Part shown: one piece after another, positions 30,601 to 40,212 of the stretch
How positions within the stretch are numbered: the first letter of the stretch is position 1
How the letters are laid out: every line of letters begins with the position of its first letter
Assembly (NCBI GenBank): GCA_034670305.1
Contig: JAXMNT010000003.1
Span: forward strand, 96,001-160,000
From: Deltaproteobacteria bacterium
GTDB lineage: Bacteria; Myxococcota_A; Polyangia; Polyangiales; Houyiibacteriaceae
DNA length: 64,000 bases
Direction of reading: 5' to 3'
Notes under the pieces: model-generated
Databases searched by the model: none
What the model saw: only the letters and a program-made list of their open reading frames with translations
What the model was told of the DNA's origin: nothing
Made by a program: the position numbers and the translations under genes

Positions 30601-31632
30601 TCAGAGCGTGACGATCGTCTTTCCACGGGTTCGGCCGCTCCCCTGGTGCGCCAGCGCCTCGGGCACCTCCGCGAGGGTGCAGCGTTTGCCGATCGCCGGG
30701 CACAAAACGCCCTCGGCGTGCAGCTGGGCCAAGAACGCGAGCGCGCTGGCGTCGGGCGGCGAGAGGAAGGTCATGGTCTGGGGCACCACCATGTTGGTCA
30801 GCAGCGCGCCGAACATGCGGCCCATCGGACCGAACCAGTCTCCGCCTTGCCCAGCCGAGCTGATGTACATGCCCTCCCGCTTCAAGACGCGCCGGCACTC
30901 CGCGAGCGTTCGGTTGCCGACCAGATCCAGCACCAGATCGTAGCGGTGTTCGGCCGCCACAAAGTCTTCCTTGGTGTAGTCGATCACGTGGTCTGCGCCG
31001 AGCTCGCGCACGAACGCCGCGTTCCGACCACTGCACACCGCGGTCACGACGGCGCCAAAGTGTTTCGCGAGCTGAATGGCAAAGGTCCCGACCCCACCCG
31101 ATGCGCCGTTGAGGAGCACGTGTTGGCCGGGCTGGAGATCGGCGACGTCGCGCAGCGCCTTGAGCGCGGTCAACGCAGTCGGCAACGCCGCGGCCGCCTC
31201 GAAGGGAAGTGTCGCCGGTTTGTGCGCGATTCGATCGACGCTCGCGCAGACGTATTCGGCGAACCCGCCGTGGGGGACCTCCCCGAACACCTCGTCGCCC
31301 ACCGAGAACTCCGTCACGTCGCGGCCGACCTCTGCGACGACGCCGGCGATCTCTTGACCGAGCACGGCGTGTTTGGGGGTCGTCACGCCGTAGCCGGCGA
31401 GCCGAATCAAATAGGGCAGACCGGTCATCACGTGCCAGTCGCCCTTGTTGACCGCGGCGACCTTCACTTGGATCAGGACCTCGCCTGCACCGACCGCCGG
31501 ACGGTCTACCTCGCCGAGCACGAGCGTTGCGGAATCACCGAAGGCGGTGTGCGCAATTCCCTTCATGCGCCTCGTGAGCACGGGGGTCTGGTCACTGGGC
31601 ATCGTCGTCGTGTGGGTGGCTTGCATGTTCAT
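30601..31632 (-). CDS. NAD(P)-dependent MDR oxidoreductase (quinone oxidoreductase/alcohol dehydrogenase-like)
   Basis: GGFAEY, VLLNGASGGVG, LGADHVIDY, GKTIV; GGAGAG RBS. Confidence 0.9.
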   Translation of the reverse strand: MNMQATHTTTMPSDQTPVLTRRMKGIAHTAFGDSATLVLGEVDRPAVGAGEVLIQVKVAAVNKGDWHVMTGLPYLIRLAGYGVTTPKHAVLGQEIAGVVAEVGRDVTEFSVGDEVFGEVPHGGFAEYVCASVDRIAHKPATLPFEAAAALPTALTALKALRDVADLQPGQHVLLNGASGGVGTFAIQLAKHFGAVVTAVCSGRNAAFVRELGADHVIDYTKEDFVAAEHRYDLVLDLVGNRTLAECRRVLKREGMYISSAGQGGDWFGPMGRMFGALLTNMVVPQTMTFLSPPDASALAFLAQLHAEGVLCPAIGKRCTLAEVPEALAHQGSGRTRGKTIVTL

Positions 31633-31650
31633 GGTCTCTCTCCTCCGTGA

Positions 31651-31713
31651 CTTACGGTGTAAGCTTCATAGGCTTACGATGTAAGTCTGTCAACAAAATA
31701 CTTACAGCGTATG
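31651..31713. promoter_or_regulatory. Three palindromic operators CTTAC-N3-GTAAG overlapping a sigma70 promoter
   Basis: CTTACggtGTAAG 31651-63, CTTACgatGTAAG 31673-85, CTTACagcGTATG 31701-13; minus-strand TTGACA (31693-88)-17 bp-TATGAA (31670-65). Confidence 0.8.
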
Positions 31714-31735
31714 TGCTGGCGCGCTACCGTGGCGC

Positions 31736-32395
31736 GTGGCGAGGAGACCGGAAACGAAACGCGTGCCGCTCAGCCGGGAACGGGTGCTCGCCTCGGCGGT
31801 CGCGCTGGCGGATGCCGAGGGGCTCAAGGCCCTCTCCATGCGCAAGCTCGCTCAACAGGTCGGCGTGGAGGCGATGTCCCTCTACAACCATGTGAAGAAC
31901 AAGGACGACTTGCTCGGGGGGATCGTCGAGCTCGTGGTCGAAGAGATCGACGTTCCGGAGATCGGCGGCCACTGGAAACAGGAGATGCGGCGCCGATGTG
32001 TCTCCGCCCACGAGGTCCTCATGCGTCATCCCTGGGCGACGATGTTGATCGTCTCGCGTGCCAACGTCGGTCCAGCGAGTCTGCGCTACGTCGACGCCAC
32101 CATTGGCTGCCTCCGCGAAGCCGGGTTCAGTTGGGCGATGACAGACCATGCCTGGAACGCACTCGACAGCCACACCTACGGGTTCACGCTGCAGAAGTTG
32201 AACTTCCCGTTCGACCCGGACGAGTACGCCGAGCAGGCCGAGCACTACGTCGCGGAGATCGCGATGGCGCCCTACCCGCACCTCAACGCGATGGCGCAGG
32301 AGGTCATGGAGGGAAACCACGACGGCTTGAACACGTTCGAGTTCGGACTCGATCTGTTGCTCGACGGCCTCGAACGCATGCTGTCTCGCCCGTAG
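31736..32395 (+). CDS. TetR/AcrR family regulator (TetR_C type)
   Basis: LSRERVL..LADAEGLKALSMRKLA..GVEAMSLYNHVKNKDDLL; FEFGLDLLLDGL. Confidence 0.93.
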   Translation: MARRPETKRVPLSRERVLASAVALADAEGLKALSMRKLAQQVGVEAMSLYNHVKNKDDLLGGIVELVVEEIDVPEIGGHWKQEMRRRCVSAHEVLMRHPWATMLIVSRANVGPASLRYVDATIGCLREAGFSWAMTDHAWNALDSHTYGFTLQKLNFPFDPDEYAEQAEHYVAEIAMAPYPHLNAMAQEVMEGNHDGLNTFEFGLDLLLDGLERMLSRP

Positions 32396-32431
32396 CCCAT
32401 CAACCGCACGCCCCAAGCGCGGGCTCGTCCT

Positions 32432-34024
32432 TCAGCGGGTGAAGTCGCCGGCCGCGTAGAAGAGGTACATCTCGAACGCCGTGTAGCCCGCGTCGTTGCG
32501 CACTTGGACGTCTCCGAAGTCGTAGAGCTCGAGCACGTCGTCGTTCGAGGCGATGCCGTGGGCGGCGACGAAGAAGCGCGGGATGTCCGGCAGGCTTCCG
32601 TAGAAGCCTTCCGGCCGCGTGCCGTTCGGAAGCACCGGCTGGGTCCAGGACTTGTTGAACGGGTCCCGGGTGGTCTCGGTCGCCACGTCCTCGAGCCGCT
32701 GCGTGTCGTACGAGTCGAGGTAGCGCCCCACGACGCCCGCGTCGCTGACGAACGAGTTCGTCCCGACGTCGGCGAGCACGTCGGCGCGCGCTTCGATGGC
32801 GGTCTGGAGCACCGTGTTGGCGAGGAGCGGAAACTGCTCGGTCGTGAAGTAGCTCGCGGCGAGCGGTGCGCCGCCGCTGAAGTTGGTCCACAGGCCACGG
32901 TCGTCGAGCTGGGGCGCCGGGTAGAGCGTCGGGTGGTGGTTGAACGCCGTGTAGATGCGCGGAGTCGAGGGCGACTGGACCTTGTTCGCCGAGCCAGACT
33001 CGGTGCCCGGCGTCAGGTGGTTGCCGATGTAGTTCACCTGGGGGCTGTGCGCGTTCGCGTTCACGAGCCGCGAGCCCCAGTTGAAGACCACGTTGTTGAC
33101 GATGTCGAACTGGCCGTCGCCGCCGATGTTCGGCGTCCGGTGGCCTTGGTGTACGAAGAGATTGTGCACGGTGCTCAGGCGCTGGATGGGGAAGGTGCGG
33201 GCCAGCCCGGTGATGATGCCGGTCGCGTTTTCGGAGAAGACGCAGCGCTGAATCGTGCCGTCCTGCAGCGGACCCCAGTTGCCGTCCATCGAGATCGCTT
33301 GGTCGTCGTTGAAGCTGAACGACATGTGATCGAAAACGAATCGGTCGGTGCCGCCGCTGATGATGCCGTTGTGGTCGCCGACGTCCGGCACCCCGGTGTA
33401 GCTGCCGTTGCGGATCCGCACGTGCCGTATGATCACGTTGTCGGTCGGTGAGGTCGGCCGGTTGTATCCGCCGGACAAGAGCAACGGTTTGCCGGAGATG
33501 GTGATGCCGCCCTCGGGCGCGGTCTCGCCCGCGATCGTCAGATCGCCGTTCTCGGCGATGAGCTCGATCCGCGACTCGAGCTCAATCCTGCCGGAGACAT
33601 CGAAGACCACGGTCCGGGGCCCGGTCTCGAGGAGCGCTGCGCGAAAACTCCCCGGCCCGTCCGCCGCGAGGGTCGTCACGTGGATCACCCGCCCGCCGCG
33701 GCCTCCGGTCGCGATGGAGCCACCCCCCACCGCGGAGGGAAACGCGATGCGGGCGCCGAGCACGCGGCAGGTGTCGCTCGGCGCCACGCACGCCTCGACG
33801 TCCGCGTCCTGGTCACCGGAGTCGAGGGCGGCCGCATCCTCGCCGCCGCTGTCCGACCCGGGCGCATCCTGCGCTCCTCCGTCGAGCGCTCCTCCGTCGA
33901 GCGCACCCCCGTCGAACGGACCGCCATCGGTCGAACACGGGTCCACACAATCGTCGTCGCCACACCCCCAAGAGATGAGCAAGAGCGCCAGAAAAGAAAC
34001 GCGCATCGTCCGAGCAGCGGCCAT
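32432..34024 (-). CDS. Pectate lyase (PL1)-like lipoprotein
   Basis: WGCGDDD lipobox; AFPSAVGGG..TGGRGGRVIHVTTL..GPGSFR, TIAGETAP, DHMSFS, RTPN, NNVVFNW; start may be 34006. Confidence 0.8.
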   Translation of the reverse strand: MAAARTMRVSFLALLLISWGCGDDDCVDPCSTDGGPFDGGALDGGALDGGAQDAPGSDSGGEDAAALDSGDQDADVEACVAPSDTCRVLGARIAFPSAVGGGSIATGGRGGRVIHVTTLAADGPGSFRAALLETGPRTVVFDVSGRIELESRIELIAENGDLTIAGETAPEGGITISGKPLLLSGGYNRPTSPTDNVIIRHVRIRNGSYTGVPDVGDHNGIISGGTDRFVFDHMSFSFNDDQAISMDGNWGPLQDGTIQRCVFSENATGIITGLARTFPIQRLSTVHNLFVHQGHRTPNIGGDGQFDIVNNVVFNWGSRLVNANAHSPQVNYIGNHLTPGTESGSANKVQSPSTPRIYTAFNHHPTLYPAPQLDDRGLWTNFSGGAPLAASYFTTEQFPLLANTVLQTAIEARADVLADVGTNSFVSDAGVVGRYLDSYDTQRLEDVATETTRDPFNKSWTQPVLPNGTRPEGFYGSLPDIPRFFVAAHGIASNDDVLELYDFGDVQVRNDAGYTAFEMYLFYAAGDFTR

Positions 34025-34092
34025 CCCCCACAGCTACCACCGGCCCACCCCACCCACGCAAACGGAATCGCACGCCGTACGGCGCACCAGAG

Positions 34093-34316
34093 TCGGCATC
34101 GGCTTCGGCTTCGGCATCGGCTTCGGCCTCGGCTTCGGCATCGGCATCGGCGTCGGCTTCGGCGTCGGCTTCGGCGTCGGCATCGGCCTCGGCCTCGGCT
34201 TCGGCCTCGGCTTCGGCTTCGGCATCGGCCTCGGCTTCGGCATCGGCCTCGGCATCGGCTTCGGCCTCGGCCTCGGCTTCGGCTTCGGCTTCGGCTTCGG
34301 CGCCGGCCTGTCGGCT
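34093..34316. repeat. Intergenic hexamer microsatellite (TCGGCN)n
   Basis: About 35 contiguous TCGGC(T/A/C/G) units between the HIT stop and the lyase start. Confidence 0.9.
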
Positions 34317-34754
34317 TCAGCGTCCCTCCGCCGCAAACCCCTCCGCCCCATCGAGCGCCGCCTGAATCGATCGCACCCGTTCGGCGAGCGCTTCGGGCGC
34401 GTACGGGAGCGCCGGATGGGCGCCCCAGATCGCGCCGGGCCAAGCCGCATCGTCGGTGCTCCGCGCCACCACGTGCACATGCAGCTGCGGCACCATGTTG
34501 CCGAGCGCGGCGACGTTGATCTTGTCCGCAGCGAAGAGCGTTTCCAGGCGCGCCCCGACCGCCGCGATCTCGCCCATGAGGCGCTGCTGGTCGGCCGGCT
34601 CGAGCGCGTGGATCTCCCGGATGGAGGCGCGGTGGGGAATGAGGACGAGCCAGGGGTAGCGAGCGTCGCGGATCAGCCGGACCAGACACAACGGGAAGCG
34701 GCCGACAGGGACCGAGTCCTCGGCGAGCCGGGCGTGCAGTTCGAAGGCGGACAT
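34317..34754 (-). CDS. HIT family protein
   Basis: [51 protein letters not shown]. Confidence 0.9.
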   Translation of the reverse strand: MSAFELHARLAEDSVPVGRFPLCLVRLIRDARYPWLVLIPHRASIREIHALEPADQQRLMGEIAAVGARLETLFAADKINVAALGNMVPQLHVHVVARSTDDAAWPGAIWGAHPALPYAPEALAERVRSIQAALDGAEGFAAEGR

Positions 34755-34942
34755 GCCGCGCTGTACGACGAATTCGGTCGAAGCCACAACTGGCGGTCGA
34801 GCGCCCGGCGGACCTGCCATCGTGGGCAGGCGAGCCTTCGAGAGAACCCACGCGGATCCTCGCGGCACGAAAGCCCGAGGATGCTACGCTTGCGCGCGTG
34901 TCATCCACCCACCGAACCCCGCCCCGAGCGGGCGGAAACCCC

Positions 34943-35581
34943 GTGCTGTCCTTCCGAAACGCAGTGCTTCTGGCCGCTGCGATCCTCGGCCTCGCGTGCG
35001 CGTGCACGCCCCAGGGCGACCCCGGCATCGGCAGCGAGGGGTACCAAGACGACTTCGAACGGGACCAGCTCGGGGACGACTACAACAACACCGGCGGACC
35101 CTGGGAGATGCGGGAAGGCTGGCTGCGTGTCCGCAACGCCCGCAACCGCCCCCTCTGGCTCCGGCGCACCCTTCCCCGCGACGTGCGGATCGAGTTCGAC
35201 GTCAAGAGCATGAGCCCGGCGGGCGACATCAAGGTGGAGGTCTTCGGCGACGGCGAGAGCCGGGCGACCACCGACAGCTACACCGCGACGAGCTACGTGG
35301 TGATCTTCGGCGGCTGGAACAACTCCACCAACGTCATCGCGCGGATGGACGAACACGGCGACGATCGGGTCGAAGGGCCGCGCCGCCCGGTGGTGATCGG
35401 CCAGGTCCACCACATGAAGATCGAACGCTCCGGCAACACCATCACCGCCTGGGTGGATGGAGAGGAGCTGGCGTCCATGGACGACGAGGAGCCGCTCGAG
35501 GGCCGCGGCCACACCCACTTCGCCTTCAACAACTGGGAAGCCGAACTCTGGTTCGACAACCTGGAGATCACGCCCCTGTGA
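34943..35581 (+). CDS. Lipoprotein with concanavalin-like beta-sandwich
   Basis: LACAC lipobox; DDFER, VRIEFD, ITAWVDG, WFDNLEI. Confidence 0.7.
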   Translation: MLSFRNAVLLAAAILGLACACTPQGDPGIGSEGYQDDFERDQLGDDYNNTGGPWEMREGWLRVRNARNRPLWLRRTLPRDVRIEFDVKSMSPAGDIKVEVFGDGESRATTDSYTATSYVVIFGGWNNSTNVIARMDEHGDDRVEGPRRPVVIGQVHHMKIERSGNTITAWVDGEELASMDDEEPLEGRGHTHFAFNNWEAELWFDNLEITPL

Positions 35582-35630
35582 ACACCGGTGTTGCAGCGGC
35601 GTCGCCTCTCTCCGGCATCGGGCATGCCGC

Positions 35631-36581
35631 GTGAGCCTTCCGTCTCGCAATCCGAACCGCGAGTTCGACGAGATGCTCAAGGATCTCGACGTCCGCCTGA
35701 ACCAGCTCAAGGCGCTCTACGAGCAGTGGTTCCAGGGTTACGAGCGGCTGCCGCCTGTGAAGCGGCGCGACGCCCTGGAGCGCGAGTTGCTGCGCGCGCG
35801 CAAGAACCAGCCGCTGAACACCGCGCTCAAGTTCCGGTTTCAAACGCTGTGGCAACGCTGGACCACGCTGTCCACGCACTGGCAGCGCGTGACCCGCCAG
35901 ATCGAAGAGGGCACTTACAAACGCGACATCCAGCGGATGAAGCGCCGCCGCAAACGGCGAGAGGAGCGCGCGCAGCCGCGCGGGTCCGCGGTGGAGATCG
36001 ACGTCGACCTGGATTCGTTCGACCTGGACGCGGAGGTCGCGTCTGCGCTCGACGCACTCGTCGCGCCCGAACCGATCCCGGAAGACAAGACCCAGCCGAA
36101 CATCACGTTGCCGGAAGGCATCGGGCTGCCGCAGGCACCGGGGGCGAAACCGCCGCCTGCACCGGGCGCCCGCCGCCTCGACCGGCATGTGGACGCGGTG
36201 AGTGCCATGCCACCGCCGGTTCCGGTTTCGAAACCCGCAATGGACGCCGCGGCCGACCTGCCTCCGCCCAAACCCATTCGACGGGCGGCGCCACCACCGC
36301 CTGGACCATCGCGGGCCGCGCCGCCGCCGCCGCCCCCGCCGCGGCCTCGCGCCGGCGGCGCGGGCTTGGACGAAGCGGCCAAGCGCGCCATCTACGAGAA
36401 GTACGTCGAGGCGCGGAAGAAGAACAAAGAGCGGGTCGACCACCTGCGCTACGAGAAACTCGCTTCCCAGATCGAGAAGATGGTGCCCAAACTCGCCAAG
36501 AAACATCGGGGCAAACGGATCGACTTCGAGGTCGTCGTCAAAGACGGCCGGGTGGGACTCAAGCCGGTCGCCAAAGACTGA
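35631..36581 (+). CDS. MXAN_5187 C-terminal-domain-type protein
   Basis: LKALYEQWFQGYERLPP..NTALKFRF..RQIEEGTY; Pro-rich linker; YEKYVEAR..DFEVVVKDGRVGLK. Confidence 0.75.
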   Translation: MSLPSRNPNREFDEMLKDLDVRLNQLKALYEQWFQGYERLPPVKRRDALERELLRARKNQPLNTALKFRFQTLWQRWTTLSTHWQRVTRQIEEGTYKRDIQRMKRRRKRREERAQPRGSAVEIDVDLDSFDLDAEVASALDALVAPEPIPEDKTQPNITLPEGIGLPQAPGAKPPPAPGARRLDRHVDAVSAMPPPVPVSKPAMDAAADLPPPKPIRRAAPPPPGPSRAAPPPPPPPRPRAGGAGLDEAAKRAIYEKYVEARKKNKERVDHLRYEKLASQIEKMVPKLAKKHRGKRIDFEVVVKDGRVGLKPVAKD

Positions 36582-36633
36582 GCGTTCGGATCCTCCAAAC
36601 GCCCGTCAACGCCATGGCATCGCCCGACGCGCG

Positions 36634-38148
36634 CTACTCGGTGATGTGAACGCGGCTGGCGCGGAAGCCGGTTCGGTCCGTGCTGACGCCGTGCCAACCA
36701 TCGGGGACCCGGGGCCAGGTCTCTTGGAAAACCCGGTGCGCATCGGTCGGCGACAAGTTCACGCAGCCATGGCTGCGCTGGAGGCCGAAGCGGGTGTGCC
36801 AGAACGCGGTGTGCAGCGCGAAGCTGCCCTCGAAGTACTGCGTCCACGGCACGTCCTGAATCCGGTACGAGTCGTCGCCCGCGTCGGGTCCGAGGTTGGC
36901 CATCGTGTCCGTGACCGACTTCTTGTGGATCGTGAAGGTGCCCGTGGGCGTCGCGTGTTCGTCGAGCCCAGTGCTGACGAGCGTGGCGTAGACGGGCCGG
37001 TTGCCGCGGTAGACCACGAGGGACTGATCGCCGAGGTCCACGTGGACCCACGGTTCGTTCTCTTCCACCTCGAACGGAGGTTCGATCGCGGTCACCGTCG
37101 TCACGTACCAGTCCCGCAGGTAGCGCGGGCCATCCCACGCGTCGCTCTCGAGGTGGTGGTAGAAGTGGTCGCCGATTCTCATGCGCTCGATGTACTCGTC
37201 GCCGAGAAGGGTCTGGCGTTCGATGACCTCGGCTTCCTCATCCCGAGGGAACCGGTGCCCCGAACCGTCGGGTCGTTCGCCCCGATGGATGAGCGGCCGA
37301 CCGCTGCGCAGAACCCACCGCACGGGCAAGGGATGATCCTCGTCGATCTCGACTCCGTGAAAGTCACCGCCGTTGCGGACTTCGAGGTTGGCTTCTTTCA
37401 CGAAGCCGCCGCCGGTCGTGCGCACGAAGCGCCGCCGTGACCGCACCTGCACGTCGGTGCCGGCGACGAAGAACCCACGGTTGAGAAACCGCGCCACCGC
37501 GGCATGGCGCTGAGGTTCTCCGGGCAGCTCCCCGGCCAAGAACCGCGCCGCCCGTCGCTCGTTGGATTCGAGCAGCTCCACGTAGCGCTGGCCGTACGCG
37601 AGCGCCGCGCGTTGCTGGTCGCGTGACGGCAGTTGGTGGAACTCCGCCACCATCGGGTCCTTCACGAGGAAGTACAGGTACGGCATCGGCTGGTCGCGCT
37701 GCGCCGGCGGGACCGGGTCCTCGACTTCGGGCGGCGTCTCACCGACCTCGATGCCTTGACCCGCACACGCATAGCCGCGCGGCGCGAGCTTGTACCAGCC
37801 CGAGTTGCAGGTCGGGGTGCGGTGCGGTTCGGCTTCGAGGCGCACCCGCTCGCCCCAGCGGAGCCAACCCGCGATGTCCGACTCCGGATCGGGCTCGGTG
37901 CGGATCGTGAGCGAGGTGCGGGTCACGAGCCCATGCAGCGGGAACTCGCGATCGAGTGCGTCCGCCATCGCTTGCCGACTCGTCTCGTCCTGCGCGGCCT
38001 CGGTCACGTTCTCGAGCGCACCGACCCCGCCACCCTCCGGCGCCTGTTCGATCGACTCGGACGCCTCCGGCGAACTCGACTCGGCACCGGAGCAACCGAG
38101 CGTGCCCCACAAGAGTGCGCAGGAGACGATGGAGAGGGTGCGCCGCAT
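36634..38148 (-). CDS. L,D-transpeptidase (YkuD) lipoprotein with SH3-like N-domain
   Basis: LGCS lipobox; VHVDLGDQSL, VSTG, TPTG, ALHTAFWH..SHGCVNL. Confidence 0.9.
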   Translation of the reverse strand: MRRTLSIVSCALLWGTLGCSGAESSSPEASESIEQAPEGGGVGALENVTEAAQDETSRQAMADALDREFPLHGLVTRTSLTIRTEPDPESDIAGWLRWGERVRLEAEPHRTPTCNSGWYKLAPRGYACAGQGIEVGETPPEVEDPVPPAQRDQPMPYLYFLVKDPMVAEFHQLPSRDQQRAALAYGQRYVELLESNERRAARFLAGELPGEPQRHAAVARFLNRGFFVAGTDVQVRSRRRFVRTTGGGFVKEANLEVRNGGDFHGVEIDEDHPLPVRWVLRSGRPLIHRGERPDGSGHRFPRDEEAEVIERQTLLGDEYIERMRIGDHFYHHLESDAWDGPRYLRDWYVTTVTAIEPPFEVEENEPWVHVDLGDQSLVVYRGNRPVYATLVSTGLDEHATPTGTFTIHKKSVTDTMANLGPDAGDDSYRIQDVPWTQYFEGSFALHTAFWHTRFGLQRSHGCVNLSPTDAHRVFQETWPRVPDGWHGVSTDRTGFRASRVHITE

Positions 38149-38214
38149 GGCCGCCCAGCGTGAAACCCAATCCGGCTTCGTGCAACCGAGCGCCGCTGGA
38201 CCGCGCGTTCCCGG

Positions 38215-40185
38215 CTACTCGCAGCGCCCCGCCGCCGTCATCGTCGCAGCGGCGGAATGATAGGTCGCGTACGGTGCGTTGGATGTGAACCCAGCCGTCA
38301 CCCCGGCCCAGAGATCGGTGTCCGGCCCGAAGTCCGTCACCCCCACGCCCTCGCACCCAAGGCGCGTCGTCGGCGCGCAGCTGGAATCCACGCTGGCGTT
38401 GCACGCAAAGAGGGCGAGCGTCGCTTGGGTGCGTCCGAGCGCGCTGTTCGCGGGGGTGTAACGCATCCGTACGTTCATCGAGACCACCTCGCCTTGGTCG
38501 ACCCGGAACGTGCCTGAGCTGATCGCGCACCCGATGACTTCGTCGACGCCGCCGCGACCGTCCAGGTTCAGAACGCGGACCCGGTCGGTCGCGGAGCCAC
38601 CGGGGTGGAACTGATGTTCGACGGCGACCCCGCGGCGGTTCGGTAGGCCCGAGTTCGCAGTCGTGCCGAAACGGTTGCCGCGCACGGTCGGCTCGTCGGA
38701 GAGCATGTACGCCACCCCGCCCCGCGGGTGCTGGCCCGGCGTGAAGCTGGTCTCGAGACTCATCTGGAACTCGAAGTCGTACTCGCGGTACCCGAGCGCC
38801 TGAGGGTCGTCGATCCACGCGGCGCCGACGTCGTCTCCCGGCTCGACCAGCGCGATGCTGGAGCTCACCGGGCTGCCACTGCAGGTCGCGTCGCCTGAGA
38901 CTCCGAAGTCGGCGCAGACCCTCGGATCGTGCACGCCTTCGAGCGTGGCGAGCGCGGTCTCGTCGTCGGTGGTTCCGTCCGCGTCGTCGTCGCAGTAGTC
39001 GCAGGACTCCGCCGCGGTGCAGGCGCCCGCCGTACACGCGCCGCCGCACAGCGCAGTGCCCGCGTTGCCGCAGGTGTTCGTACACGCGGAGGTCGTGCCG
39101 ACCCGGCAGTCGAAGTCTTCGTCGATGGCTCCGTCGCTGTCGTCGTCGCAGTCGTTGCAGAGCTCGGTCGCTTCGCAGGCCCCAAAGCCCGCGCAGCCCG
39201 GGCGACAGGTCTGCACGCCCGCTTGCCCGCAGACGACGCAGTCGCGCGTCTCGTCGTCCGAGCACAGAAACCCATCGTCCACGACGCCGTTGCAGTCGTT
39301 GTCCAGCCCGTCGCAGGTCTCCGCCATGGGGCGGATGCTGCACTCGCCCCACATGCCACCGAGGCACATCTCGTTGCCCATCGCGCACACGCCTTCGCGT
39401 TCGCAAGGGCGCGGTTCGTCGCCGGGGGTGCAGGCACAGAGACTCGGCGGGTTGATGATGTCGTCGCAGTTCTCGTCGACCATCGCGGCGTCGCACGCTT
39501 CGCCGACGCCCGGGTTGATCCCGCTCTCGTCGTCGTTGCAGTCCTCGTCGTTGTCGGCGAAGCCGTCGGGCGGAAAACACTCCATGGAGGTCAGCCCACC
39601 GGCTGCGCCGAAGCCGTCCCCGTCTCGGTCTTCGTAGAAGGTGTTGCCGACGCCTTCGTCCACCGCTCCGTCGCAGTCGTCGTCGAGCCCGTTGCAGGTC
39701 TCGGTGCCGGTCGGCGAGATCCCGGCGCGGTTGTCGTCGCAGTCGTCGCCGCAGTGGCCCTCGTTGCAGCAGGCGTCCGAGGTGCTGTCGTCCCCGTCGA
39801 TGTCGCGGCGGCCGAAGGTGGTCGGATCGCAGTCCTCGTCCACGTCGTCCGCGTCGCACACCTCTTCGTTGCCCGGGTAGCGGTTGAGGTCGGTGTCGTC
39901 GCAGTCGTCCCCGCCGCACGCGGCGTCCGCGTGGCCGTCTCCGTCGGCGTCGGCGCAGTCGCTGCAGCGCTCGGCGGCTTCGTCGCACGCGCCGGCACAG
40001 GGCGCGTCGCCCGGAGCGCACACGCCTTCGGCACAGGTCTCGAGGCCGTTGCAGAAGAGGCCGTCGTCGCACGCCATGTCCGTCGAACACGCAGCCGCGT
40101 CGCCACCGCCGCCGTCCATCGGGGTCATGGCGTCGTCGTCACCGCAGGCAAGAAGGAGAAGGGACAAGACGAGCAAGCTGCGCAT
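38215..40185 (-). CDS. Cys-rich lipoprotein with multiple putative metal-binding (MopE-like) repeats, lectin-like C-terminus
   Basis: LACGDDD; repeated PG..E.CNG.DDDCDG.VDEG; C-terminal beta-rich domain. Confidence 0.8.
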   Translation of the reverse strand: MRSLLVLSLLLLACGDDDAMTPMDGGGGDAAACSTDMACDDGLFCNGLETCAEGVCAPGDAPCAGACDEAAERCSDCADADGDGHADAACGGDDCDDTDLNRYPGNEEVCDADDVDEDCDPTTFGRRDIDGDDSTSDACCNEGHCGDDCDDNRAGISPTGTETCNGLDDDCDGAVDEGVGNTFYEDRDGDGFGAAGGLTSMECFPPDGFADNDEDCNDDESGINPGVGEACDAAMVDENCDDIINPPSLCACTPGDEPRPCEREGVCAMGNEMCLGGMWGECSIRPMAETCDGLDNDCNGVVDDGFLCSDDETRDCVVCGQAGVQTCRPGCAGFGACEATELCNDCDDDSDGAIDEDFDCRVGTTSACTNTCGNAGTALCGGACTAGACTAAESCDYCDDDADGTTDDETALATLEGVHDPRVCADFGVSGDATCSGSPVSSSIALVEPGDDVGAAWIDDPQALGYREYDFEFQMSLETSFTPGQHPRGGVAYMLSDEPTVRGNRFGTTANSGLPNRRGVAVEHQFHPGGSATDRVRVLNLDGRGGVDEVIGCAISSGTFRVDQGEVVSMNVRMRYTPANSALGRTQATLALFACNASVDSSCAPTTRLGCEGVGVTDFGPDTDLWAGVTAGFTSNAPYATYHSAAATMTAAGRCE

Positions 40186-40212
40186 GAACCCACGATAAGG
40201 TGGACCCTCTTC

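Noticed and set aside
27659..30943. 1094-aa plus-strand ORF, and similar long antisense ORFs (11683-14067, 50480-53419, 55020-58238, 38929-41004)
   Set aside because: Shadow frames opposite well-supported genes, expected in high-GC DNA
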